This document shows positions 11,746-26,216 of a DNA stretch of 64,000 nucleotides, piece after piece (the first letter of the stretch is position 1; the number at the start of each line of letters is the position of its first letter). Source of the DNA: Octopus vulgaris (Eukaryota); assembly GCA_951406725.2 (NCBI GenBank), contig OX597827.1:78864001-78928000 (forward strand). The letters run 5' to 3'. Under the pieces are notes generated by a model, which had not been told where the DNA came from, did not search any database, and saw only the letters and a list, made by a program, of their open reading frames with translations. A program made the translations under genes and the position numbers.

Positions 11746-12504
11746 TTATGGTCCTAGACTAAGATCTACAAGTACTAAAATCCCTCAATATTGCAGTAGT
11801 GACCAGTTGATTTGGCAGACTCTTTAGGGCTTTGCACAAAATATATGTTACTTAGGTACCATTCTGTATATTTTTAGTTCAAATCATGGTGAAGTTAGCT
11901 TTGTGCTTCCAGGTTCAATGAGTTAAGTATCAAGGTCAAATTAAAATTCCTCTAAAACATCTGAGACGAAAATGGGATTATTAATTGAAAATCCAATCTA
12001 AAAGATTTTATATTATTTTTGTCAGTTCTTACTAGTTCCACCTGTTTAGTATGGTGAACACCATACAAGAGGTACTATCTCAGTGATCTGAATCCACTGG
12101 CTGTTGTAACCACTTCAATTGTATTTGCTAACACCCTCAAGGGAGGCATAACCTTCATATAACCTAAACCTCTTCTCCTTTAGAAATACAGGGCATTGTG
12201 CTTTAAGGACTCCTTTTCCTTCTCTCATAAATCCAAAACTTTATGCTTAGCAAGTCAGTCAGATATCATCATCATCATGACCACCACCATTTAATATTTG
12301 CCAGAAATGATCCAGTATTAGTTTAATTACATTAAACTATTTTAGTTTCAGTCTCTTATGATCTGGGTTCAAATCATATTAGGGATCAGTTTTCCATTTC
12401 ATACTTCTGGGGTCCATAAAATGAATTCCTGTCAGTTGCTGTGGTCCATGTAATTGACTATAATCACCCCTATAAATCTGTGGCCTTGTGTCTATGTTAG
12501 AAAC

Positions 12505-12538
<34 letters not shown>

Positions 12539-13604
12539 GGTTAACCTTAATACATGAATCAATAAAACCTTGACAGACATAAATGCCATTTCATCCTTCT
12601 ACCTTCTGGTTTGCCTTTCAATCCTCCAGGGGTTGATCAAACAGCTCCTAGTACAACTAAGCGGTTCACTATATTCCCTGCCCTCCTCTTGAGCTTATGA
12701 TTATGGGATCAATATTAGCATCCTTATTGTTATATTATTAGAGCTATTGGTCAATGATAGAATCAGTAGAGCATCAGATAAAATACCTTGTGGTATTTAA
12801 CTCCATCCTTTTATCTTCTGAATTCAAATTGCATGGAGGTTGAGAAACTGAACTCTAATTCTCCTCCTTCCAAGTATGTGGGGTCAGGGGGAGGGTTAAA
12901 ATATGTAAGTACCAGTCATACAATGAGGTCAGTTTAATAATTTAGGGCTTTCCTCTACCCCCTAGAACATTGTATGGGTTTGTGCCAAAGTTAGAAACCA
13001 TTACTACTACTACTACAAAGTATGTTAAGGGCATATTAAGGCAGCATGCTGGACATAATGCTTAGCAGTGTTGCTCCCAGCTTTACATTCTGAGTTCAAA
13101 TTCCGCTGAGGCCAACTTTTGCCTTTCATCATTTTGGGGTCAATAAAATATGTACCAGTTGAATATTGGGGGCCTATGTAATCAACTATCACCCTCCCCA
13201 AAAATTTCAGGCCTTGTGCCCTATAGTGGAAAGGATTATCATAGGACATGTTTGTGTATGTAAGATAAATAGTAAATGAAATCTGGGAACCTTTTACGAA
13301 TTGCACCATTTCCTGCATGTTTTGAAGAGAGGCATCCTTGCCACAACTTATCAATTCCTCCCCTCCTCATTTGACCTTTAACCTCTTTCCTCATACTAGC
13401 CACAAGAAGTTCTAAGGGCCATATCACTGCCTTTCTGACTAAAAAAAATCCCTTTCTATCACTGGCTTTATTTTTATCTGAGACAAACCAGATATTTCTA
13501 AGGGATCATTTAGGGGTTATGTAAAGTAATAGCAGCAGTTGTTGCATACACACGCACACAGACACACACACACACACACACACACACATGGGTAAACACA
13601 TAAT

Positions 13605-13745
13605 TGTGAAACAAGGTGGGGAAAAAATAGTACTCAAATACCAAAGGTAGAGCAGCATGTTTTTTTTTTATTAAAGTTGCAAAACCATCACAAAAAACCT
13701 GCTACTCAGAGTTTCATGTTCCTGTTCATTGGGAAGTTGTGATAC
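13605..13745 (-). mobile_element. Decayed PLE terminal-repeat fragment
   Basis: Minus strand reads ccaatga-acaggaacat-GAAA-ctctgag-TA (decayed HHR), then AATAAA and gtatttgagtactattttttcccc, similar to the terminus at ~20325-20350. Confidence 0.4.
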
Positions 13746-14387
13746 ATATATACATTAAGGGTCAGGCTCTAAAGACCAAATTAATATCCCTTGACAATCA
13801 CACACACACACAGAGTTAGTGGTGCAATAAATTCTGTAGGGATTTCAAGAATCCCTAACATGTGAGAAGCAAACTTACAAAATAGAGATTTCGATGTTCT
13901 ACATCTTAAACCCAGTGAATATGATTTAAATATAGATGTGGGGTTTCTGATTAGGGTGACCCCCTACTGGTCACGTGAAGTGGGTGTGAGTACAGTTATT
14001 GGATGCATACATATATATATATACACACAGTGCTGATTAGAGATTTGAAGACAGTCTCAGCCATAGTATAGATGAGGGTAGGCTTATCACTGTTTAAATA
14101 TAAGAAATAATATATATATATTCAATTAGAGGTTGTGTTGACCTCGTGAAGGGATGGTTTCATCCAAGGAAATACTGGTTCAATACCTAGTATTTTGGAG
14201 GAATTAATTTCCTTAGAATAATAGGTGTATATATAAAAACATAGTTTATATTCATTAAACATCACATAAATATATAATATATATATATGTATATGAATGT
14301 GTGTGTGTTGTTTGTTTTGTGTTCTGTTATAATAAAAACAAGTTTCCATTTATCTGATGGATTACTCCTAAAAGTAAAAATTTATTA

Positions 14388-14494
14388 TTCTTAAACATGG
14401 ATATTATTGCCAGTGACTTTGAAGTTTTGGCCCATCCAATGATGGCCTAACTGGTCGAATCTTCAAAGGCACTGTCAATATTCATGTTTAAGAA
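14388..14494. mobile_element. Fold-back of the HHR-bearing PLE terminal repeat seen at 26.8/27.1 kb
   Basis: ttcttaaacatg..gactttgaagttttggcc / ggtcgaatcttcaaag..catgtttaagaa inverted arms; homologous to 26755-26820 and 27114-27185. Confidence 0.6.
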
Positions 14495-15475
14495 CAATAT
14501 ATACACACACATATGTATATATATATATGCGTGTGTGTATACATACATACATATAGGTGTGTTCATAGCATGGTTCTGTACTGTATGTGGTAGGTATAGT
14601 TGTGTATGTGTATTATAGTGAGTTAGCTATATCAATGGAAAATGGCCTTTCACATTGACTGAGTTTTGTTATCTGCTCAAACGATACTGTAATATTTATC
14701 TGTATGGACACACACGCTTGACCTAGCTCACCATACTCATGGAGGAGAAACACACACACACACACACACACACACATAATGTCGTATACAAACACATTGT
14801 ATTTATTTGTTTTGGGATTTAAAAGTGAAAATAAAAATGGGAAAATAAGGTAAATAAAAACGATGATATCCTCCCCCCATGCAAGACCAGCCCAGCCCAG
14901 CTCAGCTCCACTCTTAACACTGCTCTCTCAATGATAATATAACAAGAACAACAACATTTGTCAACCATGTAGTCTGTTTATATGATGTACCCTGCTGTGT
15001 TGTATAGCAGCATATTCTTTCTACAGGACATAGGATCAATTGACAGAGAAGCCATCGGTCAAAGCAAAACATTATTGCCATCACCATCATCATCATCATC
15101 ATTATCAATGACAATGTCTGTAGTAGTCAGACACCAGCACTATCATCATCATCATCATCATCATCATCATCTTTGTTGTCATCATCATCATTATTATTGG
15201 TGTACCATGGATTTAGCTAATGCTGACATTATAATGTGGGGGTGGGCATATGTGGTTTGGTGAAGTGATCTACAAGATATAGGGTTTGCCAGAAGTCAGC
15301 AAATAATAGCACCACTGCACACACACACACACACACACACATACTCATGGATGTGTACAGACACAACAATACACCCTGTATATACTTATAAAAACACATG
15401 TATAGATGGATACAGTTAACAGTTTACCTGAATTACTATCTCCATATAAATAAAGATATATAAATCTCTCTCTCT

Positions 15476-15621
15476 CTATATATATATATTGGTTCTATAT
15501 TGATGTACATATGCATGTATAAATATATATATATACAAGAATGTGTGTGTGTGCATATGTACATACATATTGAATTTATGTACAAATATGCATACATATA
15601 CAAACATATGCATGCATATAT

Positions 15622-15658
<37 letters not shown>

Positions 15659-15730
15659 GATATGTATATATATCATATATAATGATATATGTGTATATAT
15701 ATATATATGTATATATATCATATATAATGA

Positions 15731-15771
<41 letters not shown>

Positions 15772-15975
15772 CATACAATATGATATGTGTGTGTGTGTAT
15801 ACCTATGTATTTCATACATATATATGTATGTATGTGTATATATATATATATGTATGTGTATATATATATATATGTATGTATATATATATATGCATGTATA
15901 TATGTATGTATATATATATGTATGTATATATACATGTATATATATATATATGTGTATATATATATATAATATACA
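15476..15975. repeat. Compound (TA)/(TG) microsatellite
   Basis: Direct reading. Confidence 0.95.
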
Positions 15976-16029
15976 TATTTAATGATGGTATAAACAGGAA
16001 AATAGAATAAATAGAACTCAAACACATGA

Positions 16030-16230
16030 GTATATACATATATTTATTTTATTAATCTGCAGAAGTCACAGTGTGACTCAAAGGCTTAGAGTTTCGTGCA
16101 CTGGAACTGAGCAAACTGGTTTCACATTATTGGAATTAATTTGATACCAGTTTGGTAAGTTCTGTTGCATGAAACCCTCAGCCTTTGAGGCATTCCGTAA
16201 CCTCTGCTGTTCCCTAATAAAAATATATTT
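16030..16230. repeat. Imperfect fold-back palindrome (~85-bp arms)
   Basis: gcagaagtcac..tcaaaggct..gtttcgtgca..gaact..caaactggtttca / tgataccagtttg..agttc..tgcatgaaac..agcctttgag..ctctgc. Confidence 0.7.
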
Positions 16231-16475
16231 AATCACATACACAAATATTTGCAAGAGACCCCTGCATTGGGCCCATCTTTGTTTTTATTTATTGCTTCTC
16301 TCTCTCCCTCTCTTTCTGCATCCATACACACATATAAAATGACACAGGTGTGGAACACTTAGATTCAGGACTCTGAGTTTCTGTGCAGCAACTCAACAAA
16401 TGCTGTGTGTCATCAGCTTTTGTAAGTTTAATTCATGTTTACTACATACGTACATAAAAAAATAAAGGAAAAAGG

Positions 16476-16773
16476 AGCACTCCGTCGGTTACGACGACGA
16501 GAGTCCCAGCTGATACGATCAACAGAACAGCCTGCTCATGAAATTAATGTGCAAGTGGCTGAGTACTCCACAGACACATGTACCCTCAACGTAGTTCTCA
16601 AAGTGTGACAAGGGCGACCCTTTGAAATACAGGTACTACTCATTTTTGCCAGCTGAGTGAACTGGAGCAATGTGAAATAAAGTGTCTTGCCCAAGGACAC
16701 AACACGTCACCGGGAATCGAATTCACGACCTTACAATCGTGAGCCGAATGCCTTAACCACTAAGCCACGCGCC
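16476..16773 (-). mobile_element. tRNA-derived SINE family C
   Basis: Minus strand head gggcgcgtggcttagtggttaagg..tcgattcccgg; ttgtgtccttgggcaagacactt; tail cgtcgtcgtaaccgacggagtgc. Confidence 0.85.
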
Positions 16774-17504
16774 CTAAACATACATACATACACACACACA
16801 CATACATAGAAATGATTGTTATCTAGTATAGTCTTCTAATGAAACAAAAGCCCTGTTAATTCACTGATGATTCATTAATCAGTGGAGCTGTTGATGAAGT
16901 ATTATATGCAAATTGGATCTCTCCAATATACTGAAGCCCCTAATAATACTGGGTTTATTCGTAGTTCTAACGGAGACTGTTAAAAAGGGGGCACACAGTC
17001 ACTGATGGAATCCTTACACAGGGATTGAACCTAATACAGCTGACTTCTTATTACTGTCCACACTTATATACAGTACAGAGATCAGGTATGTATATGTATA
17101 TATATGTATGTATGTATATATATGCCTATATTACATAAAATAGTATATTGAGACTAGTGTAAATATATGGATGTATTTTTATTCATACAGTATATAGAGA
17201 GCAGGTGTTTATATATCTGTCTGTGTTGCATTATACAGTGTGTATAAGGACCAGGTGTACATATCTCTATATGACATCATGTAGCATTGACTAAAATCTG
17301 AATAATTCTATATATTTCATCCCGCTGTGAAATTAGGCCCCATGGGGGTCCTCTTTTTGTCAGCTGTGGGTGAAGAACCTGTGGACTGGCTTCGTTGATA
17401 TTTCACACTGCTGAAAAACACACACATCCATGACTCTGTATATTTATCCACAACACATACAATGGATTGACACTGTACTTATACATACATACATACATAT
17501 ATAT

Positions 17505-17892
17505 TCTCTTACTTGTTTCAGTCATTTGACTGCGGCCATGCTGGAGCACCGCCTTTGGTCGAGCAAATCGACCCCGGGACTTATTCTTTGTAAGCCCAGT
17601 ACTTATTCTATCGGTCTCTTTTGCCGAACCGCTAAGTGATGGGGACGTAAACACACCAGCATCGGTTGTCAAGCAATGCCAAGGCACAAACACAGACACA
17701 TACATACATATATATATATACATATATACGACAGGCTTCTTTCAGTTTCCGTCTACCAAATCCACTCGCAAGGCTTTGGTCGGCCCGAGGCTATAGTAGA
17801 AGACACTTGCCCAAGATGCCACGCAGTGAGACTGAACCCGGAACCATGTGGTTCATAAGCAAGCTACTTACCACACAGCCACTCCTGCGCCT
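17505..17892 (-). mobile_element. SINE family B
   Basis: Full-length reverse complement of the 46876-47288 copy. Confidence 0.9.
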
Positions 17893-17911
17893 ATAAAAAT
17901 TATATTGTGGC

Positions 17912-17942
<31 letters not shown>

Positions 17943-19289
17943 AATGTCTGTATCTATTTTGCCATCACAGCATGTTTATAAATGAATATTGAAACCACAA
18001 ACAATATGATTCATAAGATATATATCCACAGTAAGTGTAGAGGCCTGTGTGGTTTATCCATGGGTCAGATACATTAAACATAATATATGATATCGGCAAA
18101 TGTGTGTGTGTATGTACAATGTTTTTATACGTGTATTCTTTCACGTTATCACCGTTCACATCACCAAACTCTGGGCGTGTGGGTGTTTAACGTTAACCTG
18201 TGCCATATTTCTCGCTATCCCAATGGCCTACACCATCTGGTTGTTCAACTTCCAGTCCTCCATAAAAATAGATTTGGGCCTTGTCTAGAGTAATAACAGA
18301 GCCGGCTTTCTGATGGAGAAAGAAAAAGATCATATGGCTATCAACTGATACATCTTTATATGTTTACATACACACATATGTATACACAACTATGCACTTT
18401 CTGTTTCTCTGTCTCCTCACACCTACATACACACACACACTTGAATTATATATGTATGTATATGTTCATTTGTATGTATACATGTATATAATACCTTTGT
18501 TCTTCAAACCACTTGTTTCATTTTAAAATGATTCCCATCAGAGTGAGAAGTCCATGAATGATTACTTTAGCTCTGCATTCCTAGCATTGAGTACTTTTGT
18601 TGATTGTAGTAAATCCTGTTATCAATAACATACACCTTCAGTTATGTGTGTGTGGAACTAATTTAACAATATATATGTGCATATGTACACACACATACGT
18701 ACACCATTTATTTGTGTATGTGTGTATATATATATATATATAATTATTTAAAAGTTTGCATTATGATTTAGGAGTTGTAGTGCAAGCTCTTAAATAACAA
18801 AGCTATGGTACTCTACACTTATATTTTGTATTGAGTACTACACCTGAAAGGTAGTCCACTTTTTAATCAATTTCAGTAAATTAATGACATAGCTTTACAT
18901 ATATACACACACACCACACATATCTTTTTACATATGTGTATATATATATATAATTATATACACTAATTTACATATATGTGTGTGCTTGCACAGATGTGTG
19001 TCTGTGTGTGTATATATGTATATATACACACAGCTGGAAACTTACTCTCCCACTCGCTACTACACACACACATACATATATACATACATACACACATATA
19101 TATATGTATACAGTCTCAATCCATCTCAGGCCCTGTGTCTGTCTCATTCACCATTGTTCCACTAAAAACTGTTTAAAATAATCAAAAAATTAATAATAAA
19201 GTAACCATTAAAACAAAGAACCATTGTTATTGTTGCGTTTGTTATTGTTGCAGTCTTGTGTGTCTCTTTTCCATTCTCTTCTCTGTGAA

Positions 19290-19670
19290 GAGAGCACGGG
19301 CCACCTTGTTCGTGGCGCCCTAGATGGCAAGTGCAGGCAAAGCAGAGAGAAAAAGCGCTTTGAGGACACAGTCAAAGCATCACTGAAGAGTTCTGAGATC
19401 AACCCCGACACTTGGGAAACACAAGCACAAGACCCCCCCCCTGCCTGGTGACGCTGCTCCAACAGAGGTGCCACCTCTTATGAACAGAATTGTAAGGGCA
19501 CAAAGAAGGCGCAGACTGCACAAGTCCACTGCCAACTCCTGCTTTCAGTCCCAACAAGTAACCAGTGGCTCCGCCTGCAGCGGAATCTTTTGTGTACACA
19601 TCAGACTGATTGGCCACGGCTGGATGTCTTCTCCCATGTGATGTTCTTCGTCATTGTCGACAATGATGAA
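19290..19670 (+). mobile_element. RTE-clade LINE 3' fragment (BovB-like subgroup)
   Basis: GALDGKCRQSREKKRFEDTVKASLKSSEINPDTWETQAQD..W resembles YGEL..GKR..GGQKKRFKDTLKASLK...INPDTWE..AQDR..W. Confidence 0.75.
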
Positions 19671-19996
19671 CTAATTAATTAAATATGCACCCACACATCC
19701 ATTCTCTGCATCCCTCTTTTTATCAATGTTTAAATCAGTTTCATAAATCCTCAGGATCTCCATGTTGTGCATCTCCATGGTGAGCTCTTGGTTCATGTGG
19801 CATCTACGTTATTGTGGATTGTTAATGCCTCAGATGACCCCTAGGCCACAGGGCAGTACACAGGAGGACTTCCCTCCCATTGAGTCCGGAGTACAGGTGA
19901 CCTCCAGCTCCATCAAACATTACATAAGATAACTTGTTTACTATGACACTGTATCAGGTGAGCTGTAGGTCATTATGGCAATGAACCAAATGTACT

Positions 19997-20227
19997 AAGG
20001 CTGCGAGCTGGCAGAATCGTTAGCACACTGGGCAAAATGTTTGGTGGTATTTCGTCTGTTGTTACGTTCTCAGTTCAAATTCCGCTGAGGTTGACTTTGC
20101 CTTTCATCTTTTCGGGGTTGATTAAATAAGTACCAGCTATGCACTGGGGTCGATGCAATCGACTTCATCCCTTTGTCTCTCCTTATTTGTCCCCTCTATG
20201 TTTAGCCCCCTGTGGGCAATAAAGAAT
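19997..20227 (+). mobile_element. SINE family A (alternative tail)
   Basis: Same head/core; tail tttgtcccctctatgtttagccccctgtgggcaataaagaa. Confidence 0.85.
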
Positions 20228-20324
20228 AATATAAAATAAACCAAACGTACTAAGAGGGAAGTTCAAAATGGTCTGAAAAATAAATCCATGAAAATGCAGA
20301 AATGTTTAAAGTAAGATTTTGAAA

Positions 20325-21690
20325 ATAAGGAGAAAGTAGTATTCAATACCAGAATAAAGTGTAAAAGTTATTTAGGCTGATCCACTGACCTCTTAATCTG
20401 GATTTAGCTTAAATAAAGTACATGTACTGTACATATACTTTTGGTAATAGTTTTGACTCAGCTCCATACGACCTGGACGCTTAGGACTGTCCATCTCAGA
20501 TACGAGGGGCAGAGTGGGACTTATAAAAGAAATTCAAGATAGCTTCTAGATGTTTAGGCGTCTGTTGGTCAACTCAGAGAATCAGAAAGAAAATAATCTA
20601 ATACAATCTTCCAGTCAACCTAGAAATTTCACCTAACATAGCTAGGAGCTGCCTGATGCTAATAGAACCTGTAGATGTTATAAACCCTTCAATCCCCACA
20701 ATGTCAAGATCACTTACTCCTGCTTGTACATCACATACTACAATAAACACAAACTACTGACCCTGAATCACTAGTACAAAAATTCTACCAACTGTCTACT
20801 TGAAGGACCTCGTCTCTTAAAAGCTATAGTCTATGGAGCCTCCTTCACACCATCCAATGGCATCACAAGACACTGGATGTGCATGACATCCAATAACTTT
20901 AAGGGAAGGTATACACAGCATATGCACTCCTGATGCTGGGATTGTGAAGACTCCCACTTCACTGTACTGCTTCATCTGAATACTCTGACCATTGAAATGA
21001 ATTCCCCAACATCAAATAGAGTGTCATTGTTGTGCCCCACCCTTATAATCATCTAGAGCTTGCAATTGCCAATTCTGTCTGCAAGAGAGACAACACATAT
21101 TCCACCAACCATCAAAGGAAGAATGAATTATCTTATTATTGCCACCAAAGGTAAGCCCTGACGATGAACTTCAAGCTACAGGCAGCTAACAACCCAGATA
21201 TACCACACTAGGCCTAGCTATCCCACATATGAGGGCAGGCTATTTAATCTCTGCCCCCTCCACCCATATAAACTACAGCCCAGCCATGTTGGTCAACCAG
21301 CCTCAATAGTAACTCAACATCATCATCAAATACCTCATGTAAAGACTGTTGCAGTTAACGAATCATGACTGATCTTCTAACTTGCATCAGCAACTCACTC
21401 CACCATGTGTGGTACTCAATACAGGGCACTAATGTTGCTGAACACACTATGCTGCAAGCAACCTGTCAACATCTTATTAGAATATATGAATCTAATAAAG
21501 AAAACAGTTGGGGTAGCTTTGATAACATTAATGCCATGTGACTTGAGCTGACCAATAGAGGTCATCTTGAATTTCTCTCAAAGCACCAACTCTGCTCTTA
21601 ACATCTGATGAGATGGTCATGTCCTACACAATCACAAAAACTTTAAGTTATGGGAAGTTGAGTTAAACTTATAAAAAATGTGTAATTCCT
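20325..21690 (+). mobile_element. Decayed Penelope-like retroelement (Naiad-type GIY-YIG region) with inverted 5' pseudo-LTR
   Basis: Broken reading RIRKKII*YNLP..NIARSCLMLIE..FNPHNVKITYSCL..NCLLEGPRLLKAIVYGA..MTSNNFKGRYTQH..CQFCLQERQHI (20578-21150). HHR relic CTGATGA at 21605. 20440-20550 is an inverted copy of ~21555-21675. Confidence 0.75.
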
Positions 21691-22119
21691 GCTCAATGTG
21701 TCAAGTGATATTCTCATTTGTTCACTCACACCTGAATGGATTTGGTATCGTCTCCTTGCCTTGATATCATGTGATAGCTGTAAATGAGAGTCCCTGCCAT
21801 GCAAGTGGTGTCTCCTTCATTTCCAATGCTTTGTCTGGTTATGGGGAAATATTTCCTTGCCTAAAAAGTGAGGATTGGTGACAGGAAGGGCACCCAGCTG
21901 TAGAAAATCCGCCTGAACAAAATTCTGCTCGATCCATGTGGGCATAGGAAAATGGACATTGAAGCAGTGATAAATACATAAGTGGCCCTCTTGTGGGGCC
22001 AGAAATCAAGCTGTTGCAGCCAACGATGTCCTCTTGAAGAGTTTATGAATCCAGAGTGAAGTAGCCATAGGGAAGGTCTTGGAAACGTTAGTTTTACAAT
22101 AGACTTTTCCCAAATGTAT

Positions 22120-22487
22120 ACTCTTTTACTTGTTTCAGTCATTTGACTGCGGCCATGCTGGAGCACCGCCTTTAGACGAGCAAATCGCCCCCCAGGACTT
22201 ATTCTTTGTAAAGATTACTACTTATTCTATTAGTCTCTTTTGCCGAACCACTAAGTTACAGGGACATAAACACACCAGCATCGGTTGTCAAGCGATGTTG
22301 GGGGAACAAACACAGACATATATATGACGGGTTTCTTTCAGTTTCCATCTACCAAATCTACTCACAAGGCTTTGGTTCACCTGAGGATATAGTAGAAAAC
22401 ACTTGCCCAAGGTGCCACGCAGAGGGACTGAACCCAGAACCATGTGGTTGGTAAGCAAGCTACTTACCACACAGCCACTCTTGTGCC
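22120..22487 (-). mobile_element. SINE family B
   Basis: Full-length; head-to-head with the older copy at 22545-22925. Confidence 0.85.
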
Positions 22488-22544
22488 TCCCAGTTATTAG
22501 TACAGCCACCCTCACCATAACTATGTTGATACTGAAATACTAGC

Positions 22545-22925
22545 TGCGTGGCAAGCAGTTTGCTTCCCAAATACATGGTTTTAGATTCAGACCTGATGCA
22601 TGGAACCTTGGGCAAGTGTCTTCTACTATAGCCTTGGGTCAACCAAATCCTTTGAGTGGATTTGGTAGATGGAAACTGGGAGAAGCCCATCATATATGTG
22701 TATATATCTTTGTGTCTATGTTTGTCCACCACCACTGCTTGTCAACTGGTGTTGGTTTGTTTATGTCACCATGACTTAGTGGTTCAGCAAGAGAAACCAA
22801 TAGAATAAGTACCAGGTTTAAAAAAAAAAGTCCTGAGATTGATTTGTTTGACTAAAACCCTTTAAGGTGGTGCCCCAGCATGGCCACAGTCTAATGACTG
22901 AAACAAGTAAAAGATAAAAGATAAG
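22545..22925 (+). mobile_element. SINE family B (older)
   Basis: accttgggcaagtgtcttctactatagcc..gactgaaacaagtaaaagataaaag. Confidence 0.8.
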
Positions 22926-25900
22926 CAAAGACTTGGGTGTTGTCAAAAACTCCAGAAAGACCCCAATGCTATTCCTGGTGAAGACAATTTGCAAATCAAT
23001 GCAGGAATATTTTTTAAATATTCTGTATAACCCACTACACTCTCGGGGTGGTTGGCATTAGGAAGGGCACCCAGCTGCAGAAACACTGCCAAATCAAGAT
23101 TGGAGTCTGGTGCAGCCATCTGGTTCGCCAGTCCTCAGTCAAACCGTCCAACCCATGCTAGCATGGAAAGCAGACGTTAAACGACGAACCAGGGAAGAAA
23201 ACTGCAACCCAAATACCATCAGAGAATTCTAATAATGATGTGGCTGTGTAACAAGAAGCTTGCTTCCCAACCACATGGTTCCGAGTTCAGTCCCACTGCG
23301 TGGCACCTTGGGCAAGTGTCTTCTGCTATAGCTTCAAGCCAACGAAGACTTTGTGAGTGGATTTGATAGACAGAAACTGAAAGAAGCCCATCATAAAAGG
23401 CACCCATGCCAGTGCTGCATAAAAGCAGCCAGTACCCTCTGTCAAGTGGTTGGTGTTAGGGAGGGCATCCAGCTGTGGAAAACAGAGAACTGGAGCCCAG
23501 CAGCTCCTATCAAACCAGACCAGCATGGAAAACAAGCATTAAATGATGATGATGATGATGATGATGATGATACACCTGTGTGCGTATCATTGTTTGTCCC
23601 CAACGACTGCTTGACAACTGGTGCTGGTGTGTTTACATCCTGTAACTTAGCAGTTTGGCAAAAAAAAAAAAAGTACAATAAGTACCAGAGTTTAAAAAAT
23701 CAAAAGTATTGGGGGTCTATTTATTCAACTAGAATTCTTCAAGGTGGTGCCCCAGCATGGCCACTGAAAACAGTAAAAGAAACCCCATTTCCAAATAACT
23801 AAAATACCAAAGCCTGGAAGTGGAACGATCCCGAGAAAACAAGTGAAGAATTGTTGGTCTTTGAGAAGATTCTTGGTGTCAGCCTTCAGAATGACTGGTC
23901 CTAGTTATGGTCCCTTCACAGCATCAACATTACTAAGGCATTGGGAGTAATCTAAAGGCTCTCCACAAAAACGGATTGCTCTTGTGCACCAAGAGAACTG
24001 CTGAGAGAAGTTCAATATTTGAAGACTTTATTCTTTAGAGTGAAGACAGGAGAGTCAGGTAGCAATCTACACCTGGAAGGAGAGACAACACTCTGTGGCA
24101 CTGAGTAAAATGTGGCATTAAGGTGGCGCAAGATGGCAGAGTCATTAGCATGAAGGGCAAAATGCTTAGCAACATTTTGTCTGGTTTTACACTCTGAGTT
24201 CAAATTCTGTTGTAGTTGACATTGCCTTTCAACCTTCTGAAATCAATAAAAATAAGTACCAGTTGTGTACTGAGGTCATAATAAGTGAATTACCTCCTCC
24301 TGCAAAATTGCTAGCCTTGTGCCAAAATTTGAAACCAAGTCAAGTAAAACCAATATCGTAGCTGTGGCTAGTGACCCCCTGACTGGCTCCTGTGCTGGTG
24401 GCACATAGAAAGCACCCACTACACTTTGTAGAAACCTTGCCAGATTAGATTGGAGCTTGGTGCAGCCGCTGGCTCTCCAGATGTCAGTCAAACCATCCAA
24501 CCCATGCCAGCATGGAAAGCAGACGTTAAATGATAATGATTATTATTATTATTATTATTAATGTGGCAAGCTGGACAAAATGCTTAGCAGCATCTCATCT
24601 GTCTTTACACTTCGAGATCAAATTCTGCCAAGAGTGATGCCTTTCATCTTTCCAAGGTTGATAGAATAGGGTCCAGTTGAGTACTGGGGTCAATGTAATT
24701 GACATACTCCCCCCCCCCCTAATTGCTGGCCTTGAGCCAAAAATTTAAAACCGATATTAAGCTGGTGTAGAATGGCAAGCTGGCAGAATCCTTGGCACTT
24801 CAAGCAAAATGCTTAACGGTATTTCGTCCATTTTCACTTTCTGAGATTAATTTCTGCCGGTGGCATGTTAAAAGCACCAACCGATCGTGGCCGATGCCAG
24901 ACTCCCCTGGCACCTGTGCCGGTGGCACGTAAAAAGCACCCACTACACTCGCAGAGTGGTTGGCGTTAGGAAGGGCATCCAGCCGTAGAAACACTGCCAG
25001 ATCAGACTGGAGCCTGGTGCAGCCCCTGGCTTCCCAGACCCCGGTTGAACCGTCCAACCCGTGCTAGCGCGGAAAAGATGTTAAACGATGATGATGATGA
25101 TGATGATGAACTCTGCTTTTCATCCTTTCGAGGTCAATAAAATAAGTACCAGTTGAATATTGGGGTCGATGTAATTTACTTACTGCCCATCAGATCCTAT
25201 CAAGCTCTCCGACCCATGCCAGCATGAAAGTAGAAGTGTTATATAGTGATGAGGATGATGTTGAGGAATGCACACCTGTTCTGCCCAATTGCGAATTTCT
25301 TACATCTTAGCCTTCACATTCTTTGATGTCTTTTATTCTTGTAAAGTGTAAAGTACCTGTGGATTCATAGTCTGAAGGGATTGCTCACTGTGGTATTGTT
25401 TGGTATACTTCAGGTGTGTAACCTAATTACACTTGGACAAGGCTTATTATTGGTGTCTAGTTTTGGCAGATTCTGTGGCAATGTTCCTTTTTCCACACTA
25501 TCACGGGTTAGACAAATAATACACATTATTGAAGCATTGATGTTTTTTACAGCCAAATGTCCTTCCTGTGATTAGCCCTGACCCCTCTGTGCGTGTTTCT
25601 TAATGTCTGTGTTTATGTTAACAGCACTTCCACAGTGGAGCTCTTTGTTGATGTCCTGTAACTTAACAGTTTGGCAAACAGACACCAATAAAGTAAGCAT
25701 CACACTTAGAAATTAGTACTGGAGTCAATGTGATCAGCAAAAAACCCTTCAGGGTGATGCTCCAGCATGGCGAGTCTGCTAACTGAAACAGGTAAAACAA
25801 TTAAAGAATACATACAAACACACATATATGAAAAAGAATACACACAAACACACATATAAAAGAATATACACATATATACACACAGATATATATATATACA

Positions 25901-26181
25901 CACACAGTGGACCAAAAGTAGTTTTTAATTCATTTTCTTTTTTACTTTCAGATAGAAATTACTGAAATAAATCATAAATTGTAGTTTAATTTATGCGTTT
26001 TTCTTCGATTCTTTTTTTTAAAGTTTAATTATGAAAATTAATTATTCCTAATGACAATCCCATCCCATGAAATTGTTGATGAAGTGATGGTCTTCGTGAA
26101 ACAATGTATTCTAGAAGCTAAACCTCTTTCATCTCATGCATGTCATGACATCCAACACATGTGGCTCATTTACATATATAT

Positions 26182-26209
<28 letters not shown>

Positions 26210-26216
<7 letters not shown>

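Noticed and set aside
15476-16039. Cluster of YI/CV-rich ORFs
   Set aside because: Translations of a (TA)/(TG) microsatellite.
21365-21400. Possible SECIS downstream of the Naiad-type ORF (ATGActgat..AA..atcag)
   Set aside because: Helix too short and the 3' NGAN of the quartet is missing.
23800-24035. Possible REL-endonuclease LINE fragment (KYQSLEVE..ALGVI)
   Set aside because: Too short and degraded to support by eye.
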